Under the pieces are notes generated by a model. It had not been told where the DNA came from, did not search any database, and worked only from the letters and a program-made list of their open reading frames with translations. Of a DNA stretch of 64,000 nucleotides, positions 32,743 through 43,529 are shown piece after piece. Every line of letters begins with the position of its first letter. Position 1 is the stretch's first letter. The position numbers were made by a program, and so were the translations under genes. Origin of the DNA: Atribacterota bacterium (GTDB lineage: Bacteria; Atribacterota; Phoenicimicrobiia; Phoenicimicrobiales; Stramentimicrobiaceae); the NCBI GenBank assembly GCA_040767965.1, contig JAXGNR010000009.1, positions 32,001 through 96,000 of the forward strand, in the 5' to 3' direction.

Positions 32743-34075
32743 ATTAAGTGAACAGGTTATTACAATTTTGATGTTAGGGGGAGTTCTTACCCTTGTTATG
32801 ACTGGCTTTCCAATTGCTTTTGTTATAGCCAGCATAGCGCTTTTTATGGGAATATTCTTATTTGGAGGAGAAATAACATATCATATTTTATATAGCAGAC
32901 TTTATAGCATGTTGTTAAGTTATCCATTTCTTGCTGTTCCTCTTTTTACTTTTATGGGTGTTATTCTTCAAATGTCTGGAATTGTTGAAGAGTTGTATAC
33001 AGTACTATATGAAAGCATGAGTGGATTTAGAGGGGGTTTAGCAATTGTAACAATAATATTTGGAACTATATTAGCAGCATGTTTAGGTGTAATAACCGCT
33101 TCTGTTACCATGTTGACATTAATCGCTCTTGCACCTATGGTAACTAGAGGGTACAGCAAATCCCTTGCTTCAGGTTCAGTTGTTGCTGCTGGTACCCTTG
33201 GCATATTAATTCCTCCCAGTATTATGTTAGTTGTGTATGCACCTCAAGCTGGTCTTTCTATCGGACAAATGTTTATGGCTGCTTTTACTCCAGGATTAAT
33301 TCTTTCAGCTTCCTATATAGCTTATGTTGGGATTCGATGTTATTTAAATCCTAAATTAGGACCCCCGGTATCAGAAGAGAAAAAATCAAAATTACCTTTT
33401 GTGGCTAAATTAATAAAGCTATTGAAATCATTGCTTCCTCCTGTATTTATTATTCTAGCTGTTTTAGGGACTATATTTTTGGGAATAGCTCCTCCAACAG
33501 AAGCAGCAGCGATGGGAAGTCTGGCCGCTGTTTTATTAGCAGTAGTGTATCGAAAAATGACCTGGGATATTGCTAAGCGAGCAGCAATTGAAACACTTCG
33601 AGTCAGTTCTTTTGTACTTTTAATTGCAGGAATCTGTTATGCTTATGTTGGTGTTTTTATGAATGCCGGAGGCGGAAATGTTGTAAAGGAAGCAATTTTG
33701 TCTGTTCCTGGTGGGAAATGGGGTTCATTTTTTGTAATTATGTTAATCGTATTTTTACTGGGAATGTTCATTGAATGGATCGGTATCGTTTTTATTATTG
33801 TACCGATTTTGACACCTGTTATAACAGCTTTAGGTTTTGACCCACTTTGGGCTGGCATGATGGTTTGTATTAATTTACAGATGGCCTTTCAAACACCCCC
33901 TATGGCTATGTCGGTTTTTGTCTGTCAAGGGACTGCCCCTCCAGAGCTTGGTGTTACATTGCAGGACATTATAAAAGGGGTAATTCCTTTTATTGCAATT
34001 ATTGCTTTTTGGTTGTTTATGTTTAGCATTTATCCTCAATTAATAACCTGGTTGCCAAATCTAATGATGAAATAA
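32726..34075 (+). CDS. dctM: TRAP DctM
   Basis: AVPLFTFMG, GTLGILIPPS, PTEAAAMG and FQTPP. Confidence 0.92.
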   Translation: MSHLIELSEQVITILMLGGVLTLVMTGFPIAFVIASIALFMGIFLFGGEITYHILYSRLYSMLLSYPFLAVPLFTFMGVILQMSGIVEELYTVLYESMSGFRGGLAIVTIIFGTILAACLGVITASVTMLTLIALAPMVTRGYSKSLASGSVVAAGTLGILIPPSIMLVVYAPQAGLSIGQMFMAAFTPGLILSASYIAYVGIRCYLNPKLGPPVSEEKKSKLPFVAKLIKLLKSLLPPVFIILAVLGTIFLGIAPPTEAAAMGSLAAVLLAVVYRKMTWDIAKRAAIETLRVSSFVLLIAGICYAYVGVFMNAGGGNVVKEAILSVPGGKWGSFFVIMLIVFLLGMFIEWIGIVFIIVPILTPVITALGFDPLWAGMMVCINLQMAFQTPPMAMSVFVCQGTAPPELGVTLQDIIKGVIPFIAIIAFWLFMFSIYPQLITWLPNLMMK

Positions 34076-34091
34076 TGTTATATTAGAAAGT

Positions 34092-34151
34092 AAGATAATA
34101 GTTTTAGTTGCAGCTGCATATTTTTTAAAATGCAACTAAAACTATTATCTT
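34092..34151 (+). terminator. 21-bp perfect inverted repeat after dctM
   Basis: aagataatagttttagttgca / tgcaactaaaactattatctt. Confidence 0.7.
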
Positions 34152-34398
34152 TAAAAATAATTTTCCAGTATTTTATTTTTTCAGCCTCTACAATATTTTC
34201 ACTACAATAAATTTCCTCCAAGACCTTTGATAATTAAATAATATTTCTTTATTTAAGATACAATCTTTACCAGTTTTATTTTTGTAACTAATCTCAAGAT
34301 CAAAATTTAACAAATATTTTTATTGAAATTTGAAAGAAAAAATTCCTCTTTTGCGTATTATCAGAAGAAGCAAATAAACCAATTGGAGGAAATTAATT

Positions 34399-35103
34399 AT
34401 GAAAATCAGGACAAATGTTATAATCAAATCTTTAATATCTATCATGATGACTTTACTAATAACATTACTTTTAGTTTCTCATGCATCAGCACAAAGGGGT
34501 AATAATAATTTTGATAGAGGAATAAATATTGCTATTAACAATACAGATGCCGGAACCTTAAATCAAGCAGAAATTGAAGGATTGCTGTTGATGAGAGAAG
34601 AGGAAAAATTAGCCAGAGATGTGTATACAGCATTATATGAAATTTGGAATCTGAGAGTATTTGAGTCTATTGGACAGGGAAGCGAAACAACCCATATGGA
34701 TGCAATGAAGGCTCTTTTAGACCGTTATGGCTTGGAAGATCCAGTAAGGGATGATATTCCCGGTGTTTTTCAAAATGAAGAATTACAAAAAGCTTATGAT
34801 GAATTAATTCAAAAAGGAAGCCAATCAATGCAGGATGCCCTGTTGGTTGGTGCTTATATTGAAGATCTGGATATCTATGATTTACAAAGATTAATTCAAG
34901 AAACAGATAACGATGATATCAAGATTACTTACCAAAATTTATTAAAAGGTTCACGTAATCATCTTAGGGCTTTTGACAGACAATTACAACGATACAATAT
35001 CTCCTATGAAGCACAGTTCCTAAGTCAAGGAGAATATGACCGGATTGCAGCGAGCAGACAGGAAGCAGGAGGAGCCATCACTGATCCTGATTATATTTTT
35101 TAG
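34399..35103 (+). CDS. DUF2202 ferritin-like exported protein
   Basis: MREEEKLARDVY, SE..H, IEDLDI.DL and GSRNHLRAF. Confidence 0.88.
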   Translation: MKIRTNVIIKSLISIMMTLLITLLLVSHASAQRGNNNFDRGINIAINNTDAGTLNQAEIEGLLLMREEEKLARDVYTALYEIWNLRVFESIGQGSETTHMDAMKALLDRYGLEDPVRDDIPGVFQNEELQKAYDELIQKGSQSMQDALLVGAYIEDLDIYDLQRLIQETDNDDIKITYQNLLKGSRNHLRAFDRQLQRYNISYEAQFLSQGEYDRIAASRQEAGGAITDPDYIF

Positions 35104-35136
35104 TGACTTTTCTTAAAACTTGAAGAAATTAATTGC

Positions 35137-35166
35137 AAAGCTACCTGAAATTCAGGTAGCTTTTTT
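35137..35166 (+). terminator. Intrinsic terminator
   Basis: aaagctacctgaa-a-ttcaggtagc-tttttt. Confidence 0.85.
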
Positions 35167-35269
35167 GTTGCATGTGACAGATATGTAAAAGATGATTATA
35201 ATGTTATTAATTTTCAATACAACAGCTGATTCTTTATAAACTGATAAATATAGGAAGGAATATTCTTAT

Positions 35270-35443
35270 ATGAAATATATTTGTCCTTTAATTGTGGTAG
35301 AAGACGTAAACCGCTCCAGGTTTTTATATGAAAAAATATTAAGACAGAAGGTAAAAGCAGATTATGGGGAAAATGTAGTTATCGAAGGGGATATTCGTTC
35401 AACCTGGTGTCAATTATTTAAAAAAAGAAGATCTAAATTTTAA
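35270..35443 (+). pseudogene. Truncated VOC/glyoxalase-family gene (N-terminal fragment)
   Basis: MKYICPLIVVEDVNRSRFLYEKIL.QKV..DYGENV, then the similarity breaks off; RBS present. Confidence 0.6.
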
Positions 35444-35451
35444 AAATTATT

Positions 35452-36318
35452 ATGATAGATAAAAAATATACAGAAATAGATTGTAAAACAGCATTAAACC
35501 GACTTAAAAGGAGAATGCCTTACAGGTGGGATTTGAATATTTATCGTGGTTGTGAACACGGTTGCAAATATTGTTATGCAATTTACTCTCACGATTATCT
35601 TGGTTTGAAGAGCTATTCTAAAGATATATTTATAAAAACAAATATTATTGATAATTTGGAAAAAGAACTAAGCGACCCGGGATGGAAGAGAGAAATAATA
35701 AATATCGGGGGAGTGACAGACAGCTACCAGCCAGCAGAAGAACATTATAAGCTAATGCCTGAAATACTAAAGCTTCTTATCAAATATAAAACTCCAGCCA
35801 TTATTTCCACTAAATCAGATTTGATTTTAAGAGATTTTGATTTAATAGATAAATTATCAAAATTAACATATATTAATATAGCCAGCACAATAACCACAAC
35901 TGATGAAAAGATAAGAAAATTAATTGAACCTGGAGGAGTAGATTCAAAAAGACGTTTTGAAATGCTTAAATTATTCCGAAAAACAAATGCTTCAGTAGGC
36001 CTGCATGTGATGCCTATAATTCCATATCTTACAGACAATTTTAAAAATATTAACACACTCTTTTGTATGGCAAAAAATAGTGATGTTCACTATGTTTTAA
36101 CAGGAACACTCTACTTAAGAGGTAAAACAAGAATCATATTTTTTGATTTTATAAAAGAAAAATTCCCGGATTTTTATCAGAAAATAAATACTCTATATAA
36201 GACTGGAGGAGCAGGCAAGGAGTATAAAGACTCTCTATATAAAGCTGTCAATAAACTAAGAGAAAAATATTCTCTTTCTGGTAGTTATTCAATTATTATG
36301 AAGGAAAAGTTAAAATAA
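35452..36318 (+). CDS. SPL (SplB-like) family radical SAM protein
   Basis: NIYRGCEHGCKYCYA, TDSYQP.E, ISTKS and IEPG. Confidence 0.88.
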   Translation: MIDKKYTEIDCKTALNRLKRRMPYRWDLNIYRGCEHGCKYCYAIYSHDYLGLKSYSKDIFIKTNIIDNLEKELSDPGWKREIINIGGVTDSYQPAEEHYKLMPEILKLLIKYKTPAIISTKSDLILRDFDLIDKLSKLTYINIASTITTTDEKIRKLIEPGGVDSKRRFEMLKLFRKTNASVGLHVMPIIPYLTDNFKNINTLFCMAKNSDVHYVLTGTLYLRGKTRIIFFDFIKEKFPDFYQKINTLYKTGGAGKEYKDSLYKAVNKLREKYSLSGSYSIIMKEKLK

Positions 36319-36375
36319 AATTGTTTGATAAATTTTTAGATAATTAAAAATAGAAATAGTTTGGAGGTTAAAATA

Positions 36376-36699
36376 ATGATTTCAAAAAGAATGAAGATAT
36401 GCATATCCATGGGGATCATTTTGGGATTATTGTGCATTATTGGAGCCTTAATCAGATCCGGATTTAAAGCTGACACTATTTATTTGTTTTCTTTATGGTA
36501 TAATCGCCTCCTAATGGGAATCATGATTGGGTTGGCCTCTTATACTAATAATTTACCCAAGTTGCTTATTCGAGGGACTGTATTGGGTTTTCTTGTTTCT
36601 TTTGCATTTTACAGTGCAATTGGATTTCATGATGTTATAAGCTTCCTGGCTGGGATTGTTTACGGGGTAATTATTGAGGCAATAGCTTATAAATACTGA
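36376..36699 (+). CDS. Hypothetical membrane protein
   Basis: About 4 hydrophobic segments; GGAGG RBS. Confidence 0.7.
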   Translation: MISKRMKICISMGIILGLLCIIGALIRSGFKADTIYLFSLWYNRLLMGIMIGLASYTNNLPKLLIRGTVLGFLVSFAFYSAIGFHDVISFLAGIVYGVIIEAIAYKY

Positions 36700-36968
36700 T
36701 AATAAATAAATATTTAGTGTGTCTTAATATATGTTCAAAAAATACCACAAAATATATAAAAAATAATAAAGTCATTAATGGCTCTTAATAGCAGATAGCA
36801 GATTATTCATGGTAATTATTTAGATATTTTATTAAAGACAGTTAATTAATTAAAATAAGAGGCTAAAAAATTTCAGGGCTGCAAAGAATAGATAGATTAA
36901 ACCTTTTAACATTTTATATAATAAATGTATCAAAATAGAATAAAGTTAAAAAGGAAATAGAAAAATAG

Positions 36969-37736
36969 ATGAGTAAAAAACAATGGTATGAAAAATTATT
37001 TGAGAATTATGCGGAAAAATATGATAAAGAGAGCTTCACTCAGGGGACAACAGGCGAATGTGATTTTATCGAGCAGGAGTTAGGGTATAATAAATCTTTA
37101 AAAATATTAGATGTAGGATGTGGAACCGGCAGACACACAATTGAGTTAGTGAAAAGAGGTTATAATATTACAGGGATAGACTTATCCGAATCACAGTTAA
37201 AAAGGGCAAGAGAAAAAGCAGAGAAAAATGGTCTTATGATTAATTTTCAGCAGCAGGATGCCAGGGATCTTTATTTAGATACCTGCTTTGACGTGGCAAT
37301 CATGCTCTGCGAGGGTGGATTTCCACTGATGGAAACAGATGAGATGAATTATGAAATACTCCAGAATGTTACCAGGGTATTGAAAAGTAAAGCTAAATTT
37401 ATTTTTACCACATTAAATGGATTATTCCCTTTATTTAATTCGCCGGAGAAATTTTGTGCATCCTTAGCTGAGGAGGGAAATGCTACTTATCATGACAATA
37501 CTTTTGACTTAATGACTTTTCGAGATCATACTATTATCGAAATCGAAGATGATGATGGTCATAAGAAAACTATTGAAAGCAATGAAAGATATTATATTCC
37601 AAGTGAAATTGTCTGGCTGTTAAAATCTCTTGGCTATCAGAAAATTGATATTTTTGGGGCAAAATTAGGTGCTTATTCGCGAAATGATAAATTAACTGCA
37701 GAAGATTTTGAAATGCTGGTCATCGCTGAGAAGTGA
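36969..37736 (+). CDS. Class I SAM-dependent methyltransferase
   Basis: ILDVGCGTGRH and GIDLS. Confidence 0.9.
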   Translation: MSKKQWYEKLFENYAEKYDKESFTQGTTGECDFIEQELGYNKSLKILDVGCGTGRHTIELVKRGYNITGIDLSESQLKRAREKAEKNGLMINFQQQDARDLYLDTCFDVAIMLCEGGFPLMETDEMNYEILQNVTRVLKSKAKFIFTTLNGLFPLFNSPEKFCASLAEEGNATYHDNTFDLMTFRDHTIIEIEDDDGHKKTIESNERYYIPSEIVWLLKSLGYQKIDIFGAKLGAYSRNDKLTAEDFEMLVIAEK

Positions 37737-38042
37737 ATAGTAGTGAAAATATAACAAAATAATGTTATCCAAAGATCTAGAACTAATATTAAAAATATAA
37801 AATAATTTAAAAATAAAGCACAGATACAGATTTAGTGTTTTAAATCAGAAATTTCTAACTGAGACAATAATATTTACCCTTAATTTTTTTATAAAATTGT
37901 TTAAAGTTTAAAGAATTAATTTTTTAAGTAGCATATTTTTAATAATAAAGTATAATAGAAAAAATTATTATTTTTAATTTATCTTAAAATGATATGAAAG
38001 GAAATTCTTGTAAATCATGTTTTGTAAGAATGATCAATACTA

Positions 38043-39182
38043 GTGCAAGTTCGTGAATTAGAAAAGAATAAAAAAGACCTGGTTCCTTTTATCAATTTTG
38101 CCTGGGAAATATATAAAAATGACCCTCACTGGGTTGCACCGTTAAAGAATGATTTATTGAAATTGTTTCTTGGACAGGATTCTAGCAGAAAAATCCATTG
38201 TGGTCCTCATTCTTTTTTCATGGTTTGGGAAAATAATCTTCCATTAGGCCGCATTCTGGTGGGCATTAATCAGAAAAAAAACTCCAGAGGAAACCGAAAA
38301 ACAGGATATTTTGGTTACCTGGAGATGGTTAACTCATTTGAAGTTTTGAAAATTCTAATGGATTCTGCAATTGTCTGGCTTCAAAAACATGATATCAAAA
38401 CAATTATTGGTCCACTCTGCCCGGATGATGATGTGGAAGGCAGAGGTTTGTTGATAAAAGGCTTTGATAGTCCTCCGGTTTTAATGAATTCCTATAACCC
38501 GACTTATTATCAAAAGCTTATAGAAGAGTATGGATTTATTAAGGATACTGATTTTTATGCCTATTATTCAAATAATATCCCAACGCTGAAAGCAAGAGTA
38601 GAAAAAGTATCTGCTTTTGCGATGAAGAAATATAATTTTACAATTGAAAAAATTAATTTAGATTTGTTAGACCGAGAGATAAAAGATATTGTGGAAGTCA
38701 TTAATAAAATTATTAGCGATAGCAAGGAGGAAGAAAACGGATTTGAGTATGCTAATCCACCAACTCATGAAGAATTTGCTTTAGAGGTAAAGAAATATAT
38801 TCCATTTATCGATCGAGACTTGATTTATATAGCTCGTTCAGAAGATAAGCCCATTGGTTTTGTTTTTGCCTTTCCTGACTATAATCAGGTATTGAAAAGA
38901 ATGAATGGCAGTTTATTCCCCTTGGGGATAATGAAATACTTATGGTATAAAAGAAAGATTAAAGGAATGAGGGGACTGGCTCAGTTTGTTATTCCGGAAT
39001 TTCGCAATAAGGCTGTCAGTGCTGCTATTTTTCAGCAAATATTAGAAGCAGCAGAGCGTAAAAAATATGAATATATTGAAGGCTCATTAATTAGCGAAAA
39101 CAACCTTCGTTCTCGCAGGGTTATGGAAAATGCCGGTCTTCTACCTTATAAAATCTATCGCGTCTATCAAAAGGATTATTAA
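38043..39182 (+). CDS. YghO-like GNAT N-acetyltransferase
   Basis: IY.NDPHWVAPL, GYFG, GLLIKGFD.PP..M.SYNP.YY, PDYN and ISENN. Confidence 0.8.
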   Translation: MQVRELEKNKKDLVPFINFAWEIYKNDPHWVAPLKNDLLKLFLGQDSSRKIHCGPHSFFMVWENNLPLGRILVGINQKKNSRGNRKTGYFGYLEMVNSFEVLKILMDSAIVWLQKHDIKTIIGPLCPDDDVEGRGLLIKGFDSPPVLMNSYNPTYYQKLIEEYGFIKDTDFYAYYSNNIPTLKARVEKVSAFAMKKYNFTIEKINLDLLDREIKDIVEVINKIISDSKEEENGFEYANPPTHEEFALEVKKYIPFIDRDLIYIARSEDKPIGFVFAFPDYNQVLKRMNGSLFPLGIMKYLWYKRKIKGMRGLAQFVIPEFRNKAVSAAIFQQILEAAERKKYEYIEGSLISENNLRSRRVMENAGLLPYKIYRVYQKDY

Positions 39183-39541
39183 ATTAAAATTACTTTGGAT
39201 ATTTTTTTCTTTTCATTTCAACTCTAAAGACATGATTTCTAAAATAATTCCAGGTTTGAAAATAAAAACTATCTATATAACAAAAATAATTTTACTAAAA
39301 GAAAGACTTTTTAAAAAAATTATAATAAAATAAAAATAAGCTAATCGAAAATATCTTCAAAAAACTTCCAGAGTATGAACAAAGATAATTCAACAATATC
39401 AATGAAAAGATTGAGTAAGAATAAAAAGGAATATTATATATATATTTTTATGAAAGAGAGGAGGTTAATTTATTCAAAATTTCTCATTATTTTTTATAAA
39501 CAAGGTAATGTATTTTAAAAAATAATCTTTGGAGGTTAAAA

Positions 39542-40397
39542 ATGAAATATTTAAGGTTATTTCTATCTTTTATTATTTTTTTTCTGATTATATCAACTAT
39601 ATCTGCTTTTGCTGCTGATATTCCTGAACATTCATTTTATTCGCCCCTTCCTGGATCAGTGTGCTGAAAAATATGTCAAAATATACTAACTTTGATTCAT
39701 ACAAATTTTATGTCACAAATGAAGAAACCCAAAAGAGAGAAGAAGAGGTTAAGGGGGGTAAAAAATGGCAACTGTTTATGAAGTTCGCACACCTTCCGGA
39801 GATAGAGTCAGGTGGGATATCTAAATTAGAGTTTTTTGAAAATTAAAGCTGCAGCCCTTGAGAGAGGGCGGCAAGGTCGTCTTTGAGGACCAGGGACAGA
39901 TGGTTCTGACCATACCCAGGGAAGATGGAGGAATTACCTGGTGCCGGGTTAGCGGCAATGCGGGATTAGGCCAGCAGGACTTAGTTGTTATAGATGAAGA
40001 AGGTTTTAAAAAATCCCTTACCTTTGGTCCTGCTGAATTAAAAGAAGCATTGGACAGTGAAGGAAGAATAATACTCTATGATATTCTGTTTGACTATGAC
40101 AAGGATACCTTGAAACAGGAATCTGATAAACAGTTGCAACATATCGTTACATTACTATTGCAAAATCCTGAATTAAAGGTTGAGATACAGGGTCATACTG
40201 ATGACGAAGGAGAAGAAGGATATAATTTAACCCTATCAGATAAAAGGGCAAATACTGTGCTCCAATATCTACAATTATTCGGAATTGGTTCAGAAAGACT
40301 TCTATCCAAAGGATATGGTGAATCCCAGCCGGTTGCTACCAATGACACTGAAGAGGGCAGGGCAAAGAATCGTCGGGTAGAATTGGTCAAGATGTAA
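39542..40397 (+). CDS. OmpA-family exported protein, frameshifted
   Basis: Signal peptide from ATG at 39542; ILFDYDK, IQGHTD, NL.LS..RA, GYGESQP and NRRVE. Confidence 0.85.
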
Positions 40398-40400
40398 ATT

Positions 40401-40441
40401 AACATAAGCCTCTCATTTAATCATTGAGAGGCTTATGTTTT
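40401..40441 (+). terminator. Terminator hairpin overlapping the convergent MOT1 stop
   Basis: aacataagcctctca / tgagaggcttatgtt(tt). Confidence 0.75.
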
Positions 40442-41535
40442 GTGTAAAGACAAATAGTGTAATGAGTAGCTATGCCAGCTAAAAATCCAAAAAACATATT
40501 TGTTACTAAAGCAACCAGGATAGTGGCCAGCATAGGAATTAAATTTTTGCTGGTCTTTACTTCTCTGGTGAATTTTAACAACTCCACTCCTACCATAAAC
40601 ATCATAGATCCAATAATTGCCAATGGAAAAACTGAAAATAGACTGGCAATAGAGGCTGAAAGAAATAATCCAAGGAATATTTCTATCAATCCTTCCAGGA
40701 TATTGGCACCACCAGTTCTGGCTCCAAAATAGTACTGACCTGCTAATCCACCTGCACCATGACAGGTAGGCATTCCACCCAAAAAAGGAAGGATTGTGTT
40801 CATAATTCCCTGGTTCCAGGCAAGTTGTTTTTCACTTACATTTTTTTCAGGCCAATATTTTTTAATCAAGGAAGATGTAGCAATGGTAGCATTTGTAGCT
40901 GTAAGTGGAACTTGTGCAAACCCAGCTAAGAGCAATGTCTGCCATACTTCTTTTATGGAAAAGGTAGTAAAAGAAGGCATAACCAGAGAAGGAGCACTAA
41001 GTTGGTCAAATTGTCCCTGTATCAGCATTATTAATAACCCGATTACCATTAATACAATTGCAGCTGGTGTATACCTGTTTTGCCTGAACAATAATACAAT
41101 GATAATGGCAGCAATGCTGATAATCCAGTTTGTAGAGATCATTTTATAAGCTTGGAACATTAATAATATTCCCAGGGTTACTTGAATTCCCCGGATTACG
41201 GAATTTGGTGTTATTTTGGAGATTCGCTCAATAATCCCAGTTGTTGCAAGTAAAATCCATATTATCCCCATTCCAAACCCGGAGGCATAGACCATGGAAG
41301 GAGTCCATTGCTGTGCAATTGCCACAATAGCTATAATTTTCATAGGTTCTATGGGTACTGGAAGCCGGTAAACCAATCCGGTTACTATATTACATAAGCC
41401 CATCATCACCAAAAAACTGGCTGGATCCAACCCGCAAACCACAATATAACCAATGGCTAAAGGTAAAAGGGTACCAAAATCTCCCATTGAACCTGCCAGT
41501 TCTCTCAGGTTAAATTCAAAGGATTTTATTCTCAT
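40417..41535 (-). CDS. MOT1-family molybdate (sulfate/molybdate) transporter
   Basis: ELAGSMGDFGTLLP, PVPIEPMK, QVPLT..NA and GGMPTCHGAGGLAGQY.FGARTG signatures. Confidence 0.9.
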   Translation of the reverse strand: MRIKSFEFNLRELAGSMGDFGTLLPLAIGYIVVCGLDPASFLVMMGLCNIVTGLVYRLPVPIEPMKIIAIVAIAQQWTPSMVYASGFGMGIIWILLATTGIIERISKITPNSVIRGIQVTLGILLMFQAYKMISTNWIISIAAIIIVLLFRQNRYTPAAIVLMVIGLLIMLIQGQFDQLSAPSLVMPSFTTFSIKEVWQTLLLAGFAQVPLTATNATIATSSLIKKYWPEKNVSEKQLAWNQGIMNTILPFLGGMPTCHGAGGLAGQYYFGARTGGANILEGLIEIFLGLFLSASIASLFSVFPLAIIGSMMFMVGVELLKFTREVKTSKNLIPMLATILVALVTNMFFGFLAGIATHYTICLYTKHKPLND

Positions 41536-41648
41536 TTTTTATCTCCCCAAAATGATTTATTAGTATTGATTATAATAAATGTTTTTTAAATATAAAAAAA
41601 GATAAAAACTATTTTATACTTTTTATTTTTTAAATTATATCGTTACAA

Positions 41649-42419
41649 CTAACAAACAACACTAACAACTCTTTTGGCTTCTTCAACATAGACTGTTTTA
41701 ATAGAAAGTCCATATAAATTAGAAAGAGTTTCGGCATTGATTGTTTCTGCAGATTGTCCAACACCCAGGATCCCCTTACGATTGAGAATAGCAACTTTAC
41801 CATTCAGAATAATAGCATGTTCCGGATTATGTGTTGTCATAATTAATGCATACCCTTCATCAGCCAGTTGGCTAATCATCTGTACTGCACGGTGCTGATT
41901 ACCATAATCTAAGTGAGCTGTGGGTTCGTCAAGCAAGATTATTTTTGGTTGTTGAGTGATTACTCTGGCAATTAACACCATTTGTCTTTCACCACCGGAA
42001 ATTTCAGTATACGGTTTATCTCTGAGATGGGAAATACCGAGACGTTCCAGCGATTCATCAGCAATTCTATAATCTATTTTTCCAGGAGTTTTAAAAGCAC
42101 CAATATAGGGAGTTCTACCCATAACAGTAAATTCTCTGACTGTAAAGGCATAAGCAGGGATATGAATTTGTGGAACGTAACCAATTATCTGGGCAACATC
42201 ACGAATATTCATCTTTGAAAGAGACTGTCCGTTTAATCGAATTTCACCCGATTTTGGTTTGTAAATATTTGCAATGCAGTTGAGAAGTGTTGATTTTCCA
42301 CACCCGTTAGGACCTAATATAGAGAGTATTTCACCATCATCTAGTTGAAAGCTAACATTTTGGAAAATTGATCGTCCGTTATGGTATTTAAAACTGAGAT
42401 TATTTATTTCAAGAAGCAT
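41649..42419 (-). CDS. Type II ABC importer ATPase (FecE/MolC-like)
   Basis: GPNGCGKST, ISGGERQ, LDEPTAHLD and THNP. Confidence 0.92.
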   Translation of the reverse strand: MLLEINNLSFKYHNGRSIFQNVSFQLDDGEILSILGPNGCGKSTLLNCIANIYKPKSGEIRLNGQSLSKMNIRDVAQIIGYVPQIHIPAYAFTVREFTVMGRTPYIGAFKTPGKIDYRIADESLERLGISHLRDKPYTEISGGERQMVLIARVITQQPKIILLDEPTAHLDYGNQHRAVQMISQLADEGYALIMTTHNPEHAIILNGKVAILNRKGILGVGQSAETINAETLSNLYGLSIKTVYVEEAKRVVSVVC

Positions 42420-43504
42420 TATACCTGTCTCCTTTGTTTAAAAAGGATAAATATAAAAAAGGGAGCCCCGATTACTCCGGTCAAAATTCCAAGCATAAGC
42501 TCAGCTGAAGTAAGAGTTCTACATAATATATCTATGATAAGCATAAATATCCCTCCAAAAATCATAGCGATTGGTAGCATTTTTTTATTATCTGAACCAA
42601 TAATCATTCTGGCAGTATGTGGAATAACCAAACCAACCCATCCAACTGTACCTGATAGACAAACAGAACTTGCTGTGATTAAGGTAGAAGATACAATGAA
42701 TATTCCGCGAGTGGTACTGAGATTAATACCAAGCGTTTTTGCCTCATTATCACCCAGAGAGAGCACATTAAGTCTATATCTTAAAAGAATGATTATAATC
42801 ATTGGCAGCAAAATTGTAGGTAATATAGGGATCATTGCATTAAAAGATACTTTGGCAAAAGAGCCCATCATCCAATAGGTAATTTCAGCTAATTGGGTGT
42901 CTGTATCTGCTACAAATTTTAAAATATTCATTATTGAAGACATTAGACTACCAATAACTATTCCTGATAATACTAATACGATAGTAGACTGGTTTCGGAT
43001 CAGTCTGGGTATGGTTACAGTTATAGCCACAGCAATCAACCCACCGGCAAATGCGCTAAGTTGAATCAATGCACTATCTTGATTTAAAAGGATCGCGGTA
43101 GCAGCCCCTACAGAAGCACCAGCTGATACACCTAACAGGTCAGGAGATACCATTGGGTTTTTAAAAATACTTTGGTAGGTGGCTCCGGAAAGCGCCAATG
43201 CTGCTCCAATGATAATGGCAGCAATTGTTCTAGGCAAACGCAGATTCATAACTACAGCCTCTTGAATGCTATCCCAATTGTTGTCCATCGTTAAAATTTT
43301 TGAAAAAACAATCCGGAAAGTTTCCCTAAAAGGCACAGTATATTGTCCTATTGCCAGTGATATTCCTAAAACTATAAATAATAAAGCCAGAGAAAACAAA
43401 AAAATGCCATGATACTTAAAGATATCAAATATATTTTTCTTTTCTAAAACAACCTCTCCATTTAAACTGGAGAGGTTGTTTCTGTTTTGATTTATCTTTT
43501 TCAT
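42419..43504 (-). CDS. FecCD/BtuC/MolB-type permease
   Basis: LRLPR, KNPMVSPDLLGVSAGA, LGDNEAKTLG, GWVGLVIPH and GAPFF. Confidence 0.92.
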   Translation of the reverse strand: MKKINQNRNNLSSLNGEVVLEKKNIFDIFKYHGIFLFSLALLFIVLGISLAIGQYTVPFRETFRIVFSKILTMDNNWDSIQEAVVMNLRLPRTIAAIIIGAALALSGATYQSIFKNPMVSPDLLGVSAGASVGAATAILLNQDSALIQLSAFAGGLIAVAITVTIPRLIRNQSTIVLVLSGIVIGSLMSSIMNILKFVADTDTQLAEITYWMMGSFAKVSFNAMIPILPTILLPMIIIILLRYRLNVLSLGDNEAKTLGINLSTTRGIFIVSSTLITASSVCLSGTVGWVGLVIPHTARMIIGSDNKKMLPIAMIFGGIFMLIIDILCRTLTSAELMLGILTGVIGAPFFIFILFKQRRQV

Positions 43505-43529
43505 TTATATTAATAATAAGTTGTTTATT